Positions 29,420 to 44,092 are shown, counted from the first letter of the stretch. The stretch is DNA of 64,000 nt from Eledone cirrhosa (GCA_964016885.1 OZ024741.1:31806001-31870000); one strand, 5' to 3'. Made by a program: numbers and translations. The notes: a model not told the origin generated them from the letters alone.

Positions 29420-29660
29420 GTAGAGTGAATCTGAGGATTTGTGGAAGAATGAAACAGCAGGCCTTTTATAACATCTAACTGATAAAATGACAAGTCAGTC
29501 ACTCTTATTGTTGGCCTCCCTACAGCCCTAGCGGACAGAATGGAGAAGGCGTTTCCCAGGAGGACGGCAAGGAAGACGCGCTGGAAAATCCATTCCAGCA
29601 CGCGAGGCTCACACCTGCAGCTAGTCAGCTCAGCGGCTATGGTGGTGAGAGATCTGGGGT
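29420..29660 (-). mobile_element. 3' fragment of an RLE-type (CRE-like) non-LTR retrotransposon
   Basis: EPRVLEWIFQRVFLAVLLGNAFSILSA resembles the QRxSxAxxRGNA C-terminus of CRE-clade endonucleases. Confidence 0.6.
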
Positions 29661-29832
29661 CAATAATCTGTGAAACATATGTACCGGTCGATATATGATG
29701 AAAAATATTTTATATTGAAACTATATCACACTTAATATATATATATACTCTGCTATAGCATTGCATGGTTACATTGGTGCCTTTTCTAGTAATGAGCAAA
29801 AGTATGTGTTACCTGCACATATATATTATATA

Positions 29833-30716
29833 TAAGGGTGAGTGGAAAGTCCCTCCTTAGTTCATTTTTGATGCAAATATGACATACGTCATCAATTTTT
29901 AAATTTGTTTGGTTAGAAATATTAACCAATTATATAAATCTCTATGTGTAAATAAATAATGACTTCCTTTTTATTATTATACATGTAGTGAACTGAAGAA
30001 AATATATTGTCAACTGTTTTCTTAATAGCAGAGTACAAATGTATAACTGTTGTTCAACAGAAATGGTCAACTCAGCACAAATCACAAGCCCCTTCGCAAA
30101 AAACAATACGAGCTTGCTTTGTACAATTTAAAGAAGCATGATCAGTACATGACTCTGACAGGAGTGGAAGACCCAGTTTGGATGAAGACAAAATGAAAGA
30201 TTAAAGAAACTATCGTAAAAGCACCATCAACATCTCAAGTCAGCTTGTTAATCCTTATTCAGCTATTCGCAGAGAATTTAAAATTACATATTGGCATGAA
30301 GGCACTGGTCACTAATTGCAAAACTGTATCTGAATGAAAACTTTGGGAACCGTTGGATAGGTAATAATAGTCCAATTCATTGGACACCAAGGTCCCCAGA
30401 TCTTAACCCAACTGATTTCTATTTCTGGTGACATATTAAATCTATTGTGCAAGATTCCTCTCCGAAAATATTGAAGAACTAAAACAGGCTATATCAACTG
30501 TATTCACCAATATAAAAAAAAGAACATCTTGAAGCTGCATTCGACAATTTTGTGAAGAGACTTTCTATGGAAGGTCATTTTAAACGTTTCTTTAAATACT
30601 GTTAAAAACGTTATATCATGTTATTTTTAAAAGTTACAGAAATAGATTGCTTGGAGGTTTTTTCTTATGATTATTTTCGATGAAAACTAGTGAGCGACTT
30701 TACACCCACCCTCTAT
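29833..30716 (+). mobile_element. Internally deleted Tc1/mariner-superfamily DNA transposon
   Basis: Imperfect ~30-bp TIRs (AGGGTGAGTGGAAAGTC / GACTTTACACCCACCCT) flanked by TA; relic peptides RSGRP and WTPRSPDLNPTDFYFW. Confidence 0.8.
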
Positions 30717-30854
30717 ATTGTTAAAAAGGTAGGTAATGTTCCATATTGATCGAATATTATATTTGAAAAATACAAGAAGAAAAGCACAGGAGTATATTTA
30801 GAGATTCAGTTTTCTATAATCCGACAGAATAAATATTTTTTATATTTGTTACAT

Positions 30855-31003
30855 GGCAGCGAATTGGCAGCGTCGTTAGAACGTCGGATAAAATACTTGG
30901 CGGTATTCTTTCGACTTTCTTCTCTCTGGTGATGTCTCTTCGATGATGTCAACTTTACCTTTCATCCATTTGAGATCGATAACAACGTACCAGTTTGGAA
31001 CTG
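30855..31003 (+). mobile_element. Degenerate tRNA-derived SINE
   Basis: GGCAGCGAATTGGCAG head and CTTTCATCC..TCGATAA..GTACCAG core. Confidence 0.7.
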
Positions 31004-31353
31004 ATTTTTCCTTTGTATTTCTTTATCACTTCCTTTCTCTAACGTTCTATCCGTCTCTGGAAAAAATCTGCTTTATTCAGATGGACTCTACCAGGCTTTC
31101 AATGCCGTAGAAACGCCATTACGGCGCCCCTGTGAATCCATCAGGTGTTACGGGACTATAAAAAGAATATTTGTTACATTTAATGAATTTAAGTTTCTGC
31201 AAAAGTTACCGATTTCGATTAGTTTGTAAATCTTATGAAATATTGAAAATGTGTGTTCACATCTTCTGTGGACGGTTAGAACCTACCTGAATTTTCTCTC
31301 AAAATATCTTCGTGTAGAAACCTACCTAAACACATACACACACACACACGCAC

Positions 31354-31457
<104 letters not shown>

Positions 31458-31795
31458 CAGGAGAACAAAGTGCTACCTGGACATTTGTTCTAAATAGAAA
31501 AGGAGATTTCAATTTATATCAATATATTTTAGAATAAATGATTTTAATCTCGACGTGTTGAATTCCTCTTCCACCCTCATCAGGAATATAGGAAAGAAAA
31601 TCCATATATGTTCTAATATCCACAGAATAGGAGAAGAAAGTTTTAAAAATATATTTCATGAAATTGATATGCCAATCAAAACCTGACATATTTAATAAAA
31701 ATAAAATTGATTTCGTAAAGTAACAAATATAAAAATATTTTGTCGGCTTAAAGAACAAAACACTTTAAATATACTCCTGTGAGTTTCCAATTATA

Positions 31796-31877
<82 letters not shown>

Positions 31878-32296
31878 ATATATATATATATATATATACG
31901 AAATTCACGTACATATATGTATACAGTTATGCCGAAGCCGAATTTTAATTCTACTTTTAAGTTGAGCCAACTTATACTGCTTCATATGCAAATGAGGCTA
32001 ATCAGCCCGCCTACACATGTGAAAATACTATGAATTTTTGCTGTTTTCAAGTTCCAACAGATAGCAGAGAAGCACTATCACGATGAGAGCCATTAGCTCG
32101 AAATGCGCATAATGTCGCTGTTTCTGCTAGAATCCGCTAGACGACGCTGGCCGTCAGCCTTCCACTATTCATAGCTACGTATTCAAATTCTTTATTTATT
32201 AAACGTCCCATATATCTTTAGATATACAAAATTCACACGCAAACACAGACAGACAAAGACACACACACACAGACACAAGCACACACACACACACAC

Positions 32297-32365
<69 letters not shown>

Positions 32366-32420
32366 CACACCCACACATACACACACACACACATATACAC
32401 CCACACACCCACATACACAC

Positions 32421-32452
<32 letters not shown>

Positions 32453-32479
32453 TCGAAATTAAGGATTTTTAGTTAATGC

Positions 32480-32930
32480 AACGCAGGTAAAAATGTAGGT
32501 AAAAATATAAGAAAAATTAGTTGAAAATACAATAATTCATAACGTAACAAATACAGACAAGCAAAAACCTCTCAAGAACAGTTAAATACACACACACCAA
32601 CTAATGTCCCTCATAGGACAAAGAGAGGGTATAGAACCTGAGGGAGAGATATTTGGTACCAGTGTTTTAAAGATGTCCCAAACATTATTTATTGTACGCT
32701 TGTGCCTACAGATATGCAAAAACATGAGGGAGAGCTTCGCCCACGACGTGGGAAGAACTAGCATAAGAGCCACATGTATGCTTTTAAAGGGATTCCCAAA
32801 GGAAAGCCACCCATATATGAAATCAAACCACTTGATCTTTAACAGCACCCAGACGGTTAGTAGCCCCACACCTTTTTTTTCTCTTTATACTAACCAGCCA
32901 CTATAACAATTCTAAGTGTATAAATGTACG
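32480..32930 (-). mobile_element. Decayed L1/Tx1-like LINE fragment
   Basis: GVGLL..W..F..W-type post-RT relic peptide, disrupted frames. Confidence 0.35.
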
Positions 32931-32939
32931 TAGCCTGTA

Positions 32940-34800
32940 ATCATCCTGGGAGCATGGTCGCTTGCTCAATAACCTCAGATCACTAGATATGAATGTGACA
33001 GCCGAACGGGAAGATTCCCAGTTCTATAAATCGGGCCGTAGTGACATTGATGAGGAAAGACGTGAAAAAGTGTGACATTATACATAATTTCTAGACCATA
33101 ACTCTGCTCAACACAGAGTTTAAGATTCGGCCAAGTTTCCAGAAACGAGTTTAGCGATTGTCTAGAATCTGGTGATAAAGGCGCAAGATTGCACAATTCC
33201 GACCAAGTCCATACACGACAACCTCTACTTCAAGTGATACATCATTGAGAAAGTAAGCAGTAAACTTTGCTTCGCTAGGTCTCTGATCAATTTGGATCAA
33301 TCTAAAACATTTACTAAGGTTGATCATCGATACCTGTAGGCTGTCCTCAAGGCAGCTGACTTCGGTCCTGTATTCAGCGGCTGGATCGCTGCAATGCACA
33401 GTGGCATCTGGTTGATGGTCAAAGTAAATGGCCACGTATCATAACTATTCCATATCGCGCGTTCGGTCCATTAAGGATGCCCTCACTCTCTCTTCTATAT
33501 GTTCGTACCCTCGAACCACTACTACGGAAGCTGGAGCTATTGCATGGTTTCCAAATTAAGACGCCACATGGAAAAGCTGTATCGGCATACGCGGATGACG
33601 TCACGGTGATGGTGTCGAATACCTTGGAAATTGAAGTGGTAGGCAATTTCTTAGAAAGGTTGATGGGTGCAAAGCAGAACCCTGAAAAGTTGATGGGTTT
33701 GCTGCTCAGCACGTGGAGAGGCAAATACATGCCGTTCAAGAGCGTCACTGGGTGCTGGACGGACGGATCGGTGAAGTTGCTCGGGTTGTTGTTTGGGCGA
33801 AACCTCCAGGTGTATAATAACTCTGATGAGGTAACGAGCTATCTCTGAAAGGTAGAGCGTAGGTGTCGAGCGCGTACATTGCGTTCGTCATCTGTTACCA
33901 CATGACCATTGTGTCTTGCCTCACTCCACGCCTCGCCAAATCTGAACGCCTGCTGTTCAAAGTTTTCTAAAAGGGCCAGGGTCCATTGGTGTGTGGTCCA
34001 ACTTCTGCCAGCACCCTCTAGACAGAGGGCTGTATATGCCGTGGCCGATGCTGTGCAAACATACACTGAGGCTACGGAAACTTCAGACAATTTTAAACAG
34101 AGAAGATGTGTGATTACCGTTTGAGAGACAAGTCTGTCTGCAGGTTGTCTCGTAGACTGAGCTGCTGTTGTGTATCAAGTGAAGACCGAGACTAGGAGAC
34201 TAGCATGAGGATAGTTGTCAGGCGCTCACAGCAGTCTACAAGTCGGTAAATGCGGTCAGTGGAAATTCTACTCTAGCGTTCTATAGAAGACTAATGGTGG
34301 GCAAATGCGACGGCGTTCGCGGAGACGTTCTCAGCATTGACGAAATCGACTGGAAATTTCGAGCCAGTAACTATGGACAACTTCCAGAAATCCCTGACTT
34401 GGCTGTGCTATCGGCTCGTGACAAATTCTACATACTCAGAATTGCTATGAAACCTACTTGCCTGTTTTGCACGCACTTGTCCAGTGTCTGTGCTTTATTG
34501 ACTTGTGGAGTTCTGTTGAACAGCTTTTATCGCATGTAGTATACATCCGGCTATCGACCGAGTCCGCCGCCTTCTTTTTGCCGGTAAGAGCAGACTGGAG
34601 AATTTCGTGATGAGAGGACCACCCCACCATGGTGCTCTTGGAGATTAAGGTGGTTTAGCATTTGTGTGGGGTTCCCATGTTACACCGGAGTGCTGCTTCT
34701 CCCTACTGGGCAATGTATTTCTTATAATTGTTACTCGTTATCATTTTTACACGTTTTTATATAAAACCACACTATGCCTGGTTTTGTATTGATGTTCATA
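32940..34800 (+). mobile_element. Decayed L1/Tx1-like LINE
   Basis: INLDQSK.F.KVDH at ~33285, LYVRTLEPLLRKL, AYADDVTV, VKLLG; many frameshifts. Confidence 0.75.
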
Positions 34801-34819
34801 TTTCACCCTTCGCCACCAA

Positions 34820-35035
34820 AGGGCGGGGGATTGGCAGTATTGTTTGAGCGTCAGACACGAGGCTTTGCAGCTTAGAGTTATATCCCTTTACGTTCTGAGT
34901 TCAGAGGGTAGATTTGACTTTCATCCTTACCGGGTCGATAAAATAAAGCACCAGTAATGCACTGGGGTCGATTTAATCGACTCCGCCCTTTAAATGGCTG
35001 GCCTTCTGCCTAAATAAGAAGCCATTATTATTATT
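34820..35035 (+). mobile_element. tRNA-derived SINE (octopus OK/OR-like)
   Basis: GGCGGGGGATTGGCAG A-box region, TCTGAGTTCA B-box region, TTTCATCCTTACCGGGTCGATAAAATAAAGCACCAG core, (ATT)n tail. Confidence 0.85.
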
Positions 35036-35043
35036 GATATTGT

Positions 35044-35240
35044 TGGATTGGCAGTATCGGTAGAATGTCGCACGCCATGCTTTGCAGGAAAGAGTTACGG
35101 TCCTTTATGGTCTGAGTTCAAATCCCTTAGAGTTTAACCTTGCCTTTCATCCTGACGGGGTCGATCAAATAAAGTACCAGTAATACACTGCGATAATTGC
35201 TGGCCTTGTGCCAAAAGTAGAAACAATTATTATTATCGAT
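35044..35240 (+). mobile_element. tRNA-derived SINE, tandem second copy
   Basis: Same head, GAGTTCAAATCC B-box, core and ATT tail. Confidence 0.85.
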
Positions 35241-35299
35241 ATTGTTGTTATTGTTGTTATTTACAAGTTGGTGAATTGGCTGAATTTTTTAGATCGTCC

Positions 35300-35452
35300 C
35301 ACCACCACCACTACCGTCACTACTACCCCTATCAATAACACCACCACCACTACCATCACCACCAACACCACCACCATTACCACCACCACCACTACCATCA
35401 CTACTACCCCTATCAACAACACCACCACCACTACCACCACCACCACTACCGT
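35300..35452. repeat. (ACC)n-rich repeat with ~75-bp duplication, interrupting an old SINE
   Basis: ACTACTACCCCTATCAA occurs twice; SINE head at ~35270 and core at ~35485. Confidence 0.7.
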
Positions 35453-36221
35453 AGTGCTTACTTCCAATCTTAAAGTCAAATTTCTCTTTCGTCCTCTCGT
35501 AGACGATAAATAAAGTATCAGTCGATTTCATTAAAATTCTGTCAACTGTTTGTGTCACACTTAAATTAGAAGCCATTAATAATATTTTTTACAAGTAATT
35601 CACATAAACCATCGCTCTACTTTTCTTTCGAAGTCGTTTTAGAAAACAACTTTTCCCACTTATTTCATCATTACTATATACCTGTAAAGATGTACTATTA
35701 GCATACAAAAACAACAACAACAACAACGCCAACCACGACAACAACAACGGTAAAATCAACATCTACACAACAAAAACAGCAATGACAAAAGCAACTACAC
35801 AAAAATCAACTACACAACAAAAACAACTACACAGCAACAACAAAAACAACGAAGACAAGAACAGCTACACAACAACAACGACCTCACAACAACCAACAAC
35901 AACAAAACGAAAACAATAACAACAATTACACATCAATAACAATTACAAAACAACAAAAACAACACTTATACCAAAATCAACAACAACGAAAACAATAACA
36001 ACAATTACAAAACAACAAAAACAACACTTATACAACACAACAACAACCACTGCTGTCATACTAGGTGTCGTTGGTGTAGTTATTGCTTACTTTTATGATA
36101 CATCTATATATTTTAATTTATTTTTCTCGGAAAAAATTCAAATTGATTTCTAAATGTTTTATTGTAATATCTGATTGGCGAGAAGAAGAGAAATAGTGAA
36201 ACAATTAAAGGCATCACATAA

Positions 36222-36412
36222 ATAATTGTTTCTTCTTTTTGGGACATGGCCAGCAAATACCCAGTGCATTACTGGTACTTTATTTTATCGATCCCGTAAG
36301 GATGAAAGGCAAAGTTAACCTCGACGAGATTTGAACTCAGAATGGCAAGGGCCGTAACTCTATGCGTCAAAGCATGGCGTCCAACCCTCTACCGATACTG
36401 CCAATTCACCGC
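36222..36412 (-). mobile_element. tRNA-derived SINE
   Basis: Full-length reverse complement of the SINE consensus. Confidence 0.87.
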
Positions 36413-36436
36413 CCTCTGTGTGTGTGTGTGTGTGTG

Positions 36437-36477
<41 letters not shown>

Positions 36478-36523
36478 ACACACACACACAGAGTGAGAAA
36501 GATAGATAAGGAGTGAGCGAAAG

Positions 36524-36574
<51 letters not shown>

Positions 36575-36861
36575 AATACAGAAAGAAAGAAAGACACAGG
36601 CATCACATAAATAATGAAGATAAACTGTATTGATAATTACGTTGAGAAAAAGATTTGTATCAATATATACAAAACTATTAACTGGAAAACAATTTTAAAA
36701 CTCGCTCTTTATGGAGAAACTTAACAAAACAATTTATACGTCAGCATTAACGTGAAATATTTAGCATATACGTATGTTGTGTATGTGTCTTTCTTTCTTT
36801 CTGTATTTCTTTCTTTCTTTCTCCCTCACTCTTTCGCTCACTCCGTATCTATCTTTCTCAC

Positions 36862-36893
<32 letters not shown>

Positions 36894-37042
36894 CACACAC
36901 ACACACAGACACACAGACACACACACACATACATATATATACAAATATATATATCTATATATATACACATATATAGGCATATACACAAATGTGTGTGTCA
37001 GCTATATTTATGCATACATATACATGTATACACACATATATA

Positions 37043-37109
<67 letters not shown>

Positions 37110-38383
37110 AGAGAGAGAGAGAGAGGGAGACGTGAGATAGAGGAGGGAGTCAGAAAGAAAAAGATAGTGAGAGGGAGAATAAACTTCAGTGTGCCAAACA
37201 TCTAGGTGCCTTCAAAATCATTTCTTTTCCATTTCTGAAATTTACACCTTCACGTCTTGAATAAATAAGAAAACACATATGTATTTAAATTGTTAATACT
37301 TCCTTAAAGATCATTTTATTTCCCAAAGTGTAAAATTGATAGATAGTAACAATTAAAATCGAAAAGACATACGAAAGGAATTTGTTTCGGTTCCATAAGT
37401 ATATTTCAATTCAACATTTTTACCCTAAAATGAAAATACAACTGGACACACAATCTGACAGAAAAATTAACCCACACTCTGTTTTACAGTTACCCAAATT
37501 GGAAAGATAAAATACGTATACATGAAAATATATCAGGAATGAGAAACATGTATAACAAGGAATTCATTGCAACAAAACAAGTAACGGACATAAAAGATTT
37601 AACTTATATCGTTATTTACAGTTGTATTAATATATCATGTAAATACAATTTAATAGAAAAAGAAAAAAAAATTAGATTGAGAAGAAAGAGTGGAATGTAA
37701 AATAAGAAAATATTTTTTTTAAATCGGAAAAGGAAGGGAAGGCAAGGACGGACATGAAATATATTGAGAATTTAAACCCTGATGATTGAACCAACATATT
37801 ATAAAAACCCTACTAAATACTGACCAACAAAAACATATCAAGGACAACACAGTAAAACATATAAAAGGGAATACGGGAAGAAAGATGTAGGAAAAAGAAA
37901 TCCTAACAAAATGATTCACGACCAAAATAGGTTAAAGAAGGAAATAATCCAAGAATACCTAAAAAGATCTCTCTAGAAACAAGGGGATGCCGAATGTTTT
38001 TGCACCATCATCCTCCAGTATAATAAACATTTAAAAATATATGAATCACTAACAATCCATTACCACTTTTTTTTAACCCTTCCGAAACAATATAAATGAA
38101 CAATTTTTACATTACGAGATACGTTATTAAAACTAATGAAAATAGTAGAAACATTAAATATTTTGGCACAGAGACCATTTTTATATATCATCAATGCGAT
38201 TATATATATATATATTCATTTTATTCAGGCTAAGTAGTGAGTCTTGTTATCTGAAACATTTAAACTGTGATAAGCGGTAGAAAATCCGGAGTAATAATGA
38301 CATGAATATTAACATTCTACTTCAGTACTGAGAACTCGTTTCTCTTCATCGTGTACCACATGCATTAATATATAACTCTAAAA

Positions 38384-38570
38384 GGCGGTGGATTGGCAGT
38401 ATCGGTAGAGGGCCTGACGCCATGCTTTGCAGCAAAGAGTTACGGCTGGTCTGAGTTCAAATCCCGCCGAGGTTAACTTTGCTTTCATCCTTACGGTGTC
38501 GATAAAGTAGAACACCAGTAATACACTGGGATAATTGCTGCCCTTGTGTCAAAAGTAGAAACTACTATTA
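38384..38570 (+). mobile_element. tRNA-derived SINE
   Basis: GGCGGTGGATTGGCAG..GAGTTCAAATCCCGCC..GTCGATAAA. Confidence 0.87.
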
Positions 38571-39704
38571 CATTTGTATTATTATCTTTAATAAGCCCAC
38601 CTTGATCTGATTGTATTTTTACATTATTATTATATTAGCCATTGCCTCTATTTCTGTTTTTTTCCACTAGTATACCTTCAAGTTTTACATAATTTATTAC
38701 ATTATTAATTAATTAGTATTAATTTGTTATCTTTAGGTGATTTGTTATTTCTTTTATCCTTCCATATTATTCAGAATATGTATAAATAAATTTTAGAAGA
38801 ATTAAAAAAAAAGTTTTTGAAAATCTTCTCGATTAATGTTTTGATAAATTTTAATAATATACAACATTTTACTATACATTGATGAATTATTTTATTAATA
38901 TTTGATAATATATTATTCTAAAATTATTATTAATAATTTCCAAAATAATTCTTTAGTTCTATAATCATTAGCCCTAATATTAATTATGTTGTTATTACAC
39001 CTTAACTTACTAAATAAACATTTAATAATTTGTAACACTCAACCGTTATTTGATAAATTAAAAAACTTTATGTTAAGATGGAGTTGTTTATACTTAATAT
39101 ATGACTTTCTCCATCCTATCCTTATATGTGGTACCTTTTTCTGATAATAACAACTACTATATATTGGATCTTACTTTGCTGGTCATTTTCTCAATATTAA
39201 TCCCTTCGATTGGTTTGATTAATTATTAAAAATAACATTTTAACATTTATTTTTCTGACAACACCCAGTCGATATTATTACATTTGAAGTATAATAGAAG
39301 TATAATGAAAGATGTAGTAGAACTTTTTATTAAATATATATAAAAAAAATATATTTTGAAGATGTATTTTTCTATTCTTAAATTTATAATTGATCTATGC
39401 ACTAGCTTTTATAGACTTTTGTAATGCTTATGTTATATGTAAATTTATTATGATATTATATGACTTGCATTATCCTTAATTTCCTTATAGCAGCATATTT
39501 CTCTATACCAGCACGTTTAAAAGTTTTTAATGCTTTTAGCTGCTCTTATATACATTTATATGATCATATTTTTCATATGCTTCTTCTATCCTTGCTTTCT
39601 TCTGTCATATGAATGTTAATATTTATTATTTATGCTTCCTTCCCATATTATGTATCCTCAGAATGTTCTTTGACAAGTTTATCTGTGTTTTAACTTTTGA
39701 TTTG

Positions 39705-39751
39705 TACTCCGATAATATCTGCCTTGTGCTTGGATGAAACGATCGTTAGTA
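39705..39751 (+). ncRNA. Decayed hammerhead motif
   Basis: TACT-CCGATAA-[stem II]-GAAA-CGATCG-TT-AGTA; two core mutations. Confidence 0.5.
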
Positions 39752-39949
39752 ATTAAATGTTCTTAAACACCCTTTGATTGTTACTTATAAAGTATATATA
39801 TATCCCTTAATTTACAAATTTATAAAGGAATTGTCTTTAAATACGTAGATATCTCAATGAAAGGAGTCCACTTAGAGAAGTATTAAAAATATTAAATTTA
39901 AGCCCAGATCACACTTTAGGGAGATATAAGTGAAACTGGCTAAAAGAAG

Positions 39950-40820
39950 CTAATGATAACTTATATAATGCCCTCCTACCAGGCGCTACTTCCATATTTG
40001 TTGATTTTGCTTCGAAACAACAATGCTTTCTTCTATCACTACCAGGCCAGCAATTTGGTGTTTTACATGGGCCCTGGACAGAAATTATTCCGGAACTCAG
40101 TGGCTAGGGAATTTTCCAGGGGTAGCATCTTCTCGGTTAATTTCTGGTGACAGTAGTTGCCACCCGGTTCTACATCACTTCCTAGTTTGTCTGTCTACCT
40201 GGAAGTTACCTGGAATTCCAGATCAAAACAGGAGTCTGTCTATCCGGCGCCCGATAACGCTACAGGACGACACGGTCATGCAACTCCAGGTGTCGAGCCG
40301 CAATCACATTACATTTTACTGGTTAATTTTCGATCTTTTCACGCTCCCGTAATCCTTTCAAATGGTTCTGATTATGTTGATGTCTATGGTGTTGGCAATA
40401 CAACGGTGACACCGTCGGCCTGTGCTCACGAGGATATCCTACTTCCTGTTTCATGCGGGACGCCACTCAAAGTTCCAGTCTGTGTAGTGATGGTTGTAGA
40501 GTTTGTACCTTCAGCAGGGATGAGAGAAAACAACGTTCGGAGAACGAGTGCTTGACATTGATCTCTTCCAATAGGTTACCATTCAATCTGACAACCAAGC
40601 AGCTTTCGCTGTGATCCATTTCTAGAAAACGTGTCAAAAACCATTTAAGATAGCCGTCAAATAGTGATGTTTGACTAGATCGAAAGCTTTTGATTGATCT
40701 AAGTTGATCAGGGCTCAACCCGTTCCAGATGTTCTATAACATATCATATAAGGTGGTGGTCCTCGGGTATGAGTCTGTGTGCAATAGTTCATGTTTGCGC
40801 CGCCCAACAAGAATAACTAT
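39950..40820 (-). mobile_element. Decayed L1/Tx1-like LINE fragment
   Basis: INLDQSKAFDL and VRLNG.L...INVK RT relics in broken frames. Confidence 0.55.
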
Positions 40821-41402
40821 GGCGTCGTTAGTACACCTTATTCGATTCCTTTCTAAGCAGCTCCTGCACACCTCGGCTCATAAAATCTATACGTACACAC
40901 ACACACAAACACACACACACACACATATATATATGGATTTTGGTCAGGCTCCTTATGTTTAAGTTGCTTGAGGTTGTGTATATCCCTAGGGAACGATATT
41001 TTACCAACACGTAGTGATATGAATAAGATATTCTCTCCCCCTTCTCTGTCTCTGAATATATATATATATATATATATGAAAAGAGAAAGAGGAAAAGCAG
41101 AAAATCTGGGAGGGGATGGACAAATAAATATTCAGGATCACTTACGGAGAATAAATATATACAAATATTTATAGCGAAACAAGATACAAAGTCCTACTCT
41201 CTTATATACGTTTTGCAACTATAGAGGCATGACTTTAATATATTGACGTGGATTAGTGGTGTTTAGTCTTCAGCGTGTCTTCACCAGTTTTGTGGCATTC
41301 AATTATATATTTTCTTCTATTTACTTTTGAAAATTGCTTGTATTATTTTCTAATTTCATACTTGGATAATTTAAAATTTCGGAAATTGTTATTCTCACTA
41401 CC

Positions 41403-41521
<119 letters not shown>

Positions 41522-41531
41522 TATACATATA

Positions 41532-41609
<78 letters not shown>

Positions 41610-41619
41610 TATACATATA

Positions 41620-41676
<57 letters not shown>

Positions 41677-41707
41677 GTATATATATATGAATATTTATTC
41701 ATGTATA

Positions 41708-41781
<74 letters not shown>

Positions 41782-42132
41782 CATATATGTGTATATATAT
41801 ATATACAAAATATATATATATAAGTAACAACGGAATTGTGGTAAGGAACCAGATGGACCAGTCCAGAAATAGCCGTCGAAACGGCTTGAGCTCTGACGTC
41901 GGGGTCATACTTTTTCCTATATATATAAGTATGTATACGTACATAATATGTATACAGACGGACAGTAGTATGTATATTCATACATACATGCAGACATATA
42001 TATACATGTACCTATGGGTTTACCGAACATTTATTATAATGCTCGGTTTCTTTGTAAACAAACAGCCCGAATTATTAGCCGTACAGTGTTCGGCAACCAT
42101 CGTTTCCATTTTGTTCAACACTGACAAAGGAA

Positions 42133-42173
42133 CAATGAACTAGTTTCTAGCTTATTAGCTGTCATCAGCACCG
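42133..42173 (-). ncRNA. Hammerhead ribozyme (family B, dispersed copy)
   Basis: CGGTG-CTGATGA-C-AGCT-AATA-AGCT-A-GAAA-CTAG-TT-CATTG. Confidence 0.85.
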
Positions 42174-42347
42174 AATACCTTCCTGTCAGTTGATTGAAAG
42201 TTTGAAAGTATATACTTTCCTTATGCACATTAACGGCTGAGCAGCCTAATTTGCATATCGAGTGAGTTAGTTGGCCGGGAGTACCGACAACGATAAATGG
42301 AAAATATATATACATGTATATATATATATTCATATATATATATACGT

Positions 42348-43950
42348 ATGCAGGTGCTGCGTTGTGCAGTCCCTTCCATTACGGAACTTATGTTGGTTGG
42401 AGTTCAGCAGGCTGTTGCTTTCAAGAAAGTGGGCTATTCGTGATCTCACCACCCTCTCAAATTCCTACGGTCTGATCTCACTCACCTCTCATGTTATCAA
42501 GGTATTTGAGAGGGTGGTGAGATCACGAATAACCCACTTTCTTGAAAGCAATGGCCCGCTGAACTCCAACCAACATGGCTTCCGTAATGGAAGGGACTGC
42601 CTAACGCTGCTGCTGCATCATTTTGACCATGTTTTGAGAGCCTTGGGAGAGGGCTCCAACACTGATATTATCTACCTTGATTACAGTAAGGCCTTTGACA
42701 GCGTTTATCATAAGATTCTACTGAAAAAACTATCCAATATTGGTGTCTCTGGAAAGTTAATACAGTGGATCAAATGTTTCCTGACAGGCAGAACCCAACA
42801 TGTTGTAGTCGAAGGAGTAAAATCAAGCCCTGCCAAAGTCAGCAGTGGCGTCCCACAATTCACTGTGTTGGGACCACTTCTTTTCATCATCTACATTAAT
42901 GACATTACTGACATCATCAAGCACAGCAACATAAGAATCTTCGCAGATGATTCCAAGCTCCAAAGCTTCATGAATGAGGTGGGTGACGAACTTGACTTCA
43001 GTCAGACCAACTGGCTGTTATCCAATGGGCATAAAAGAATAATATGCTGTTGAATGAGGATAAGTTTGAATTAATCCACTTTCGAAAAATGGATGCCCTG
43101 AAACTACCACATTCTCTTCCTTCGGGTGAAACTCTAGTGGCATCCAATAATATCAGAGATCTGGGAATAATTGTGGACAACAACATAAGATGGGCCACTC
43201 ATATAAACTGCAAAGTTGACATGGCCCGCAGAATGTGTTCTTGGATTCTCAGAACTTTCCAGTCGAGAGATATCCACACTGTTATCCTTCTGTTCTCCAC
43301 TTTTGCTCGACCCCACCTTGAATACTGTTGTCCACTGGGGTCTCCCCACACGAAACAATGTATCATGAAAGTTGAAGCACTCCAAAGATCGATTACAAAA
43401 AAGATAGACGGCATGACAGGCCTTTATTATTGGAGTCGATTAGAAAAGTTCAACCTTATCCTCTCCAACGTCGCCGTGAGCGCTACATTATCTACATAAT
43501 GTGGAACATATTCCATCAGCTTTGGCCAAATGACGTTGGCATCACCTTTAATGTACACCCAAGGTTTGGGCCTCGTGCTATCTACCCACGACAAAAATCT
43601 CACTCATATCTCATAATAATACGGCACAATTATTTCACCTCAATTGGCACTGTTCTCTTTAAGATTAAATCAAAACCCATCAAAACAGAAAAAGACCCCA
43701 TCAAGTTCAAAAAGGCTTTGAACAAATTCCTTTAAGAAATCCCGGATAAGCCTCCTACACCCGGATATGCCTCCTACACCCGGATATGTCTCCTACACCC
43801 GGATATGCCTCCGTAAACAACTCTCTGCTCGGGTGGGCCATGGTGTGCAAACCCTGATTTGTAAGACTTCGCCTGGTGGTGCTATTAAGTTAGACGTGGC
43901 CTGGGCCAATACTGGCCAAAACCTATCAAAGTTATAAAATTTATCAAAAG
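42348..43950 (+). mobile_element. 5'-truncated CR1-like LINE with frameshifted RT
   Basis: NQHGFR, YLDYSKAFD, SGVPQ..LGPLLF, FADDSKL, RDLGI, RPHLEYC across three frames; 3' hairpin and ATCAAAG tail. Confidence 0.9.
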
Positions 43951-43965
43951 TATATATACGTATAA

Positions 43966-44092
<127 letters not shown>

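Noticed and set aside
31545-31590. Minus-strand CTGATGAG..ACGTC motif
   Set aside because: GAAA and stems too degenerate to call; at best an old ribozyme relic
33820-33860. CTGATGA..GAAA..TA inside the Tx1-like relic
   Set aside because: No stem I pairing and it lies within LINE coding sequence; likely chance
38590-39660. Possible decayed PLE ORF in a very AT-rich stretch
   Set aside because: No RT or endonuclease motif could be read with confidence
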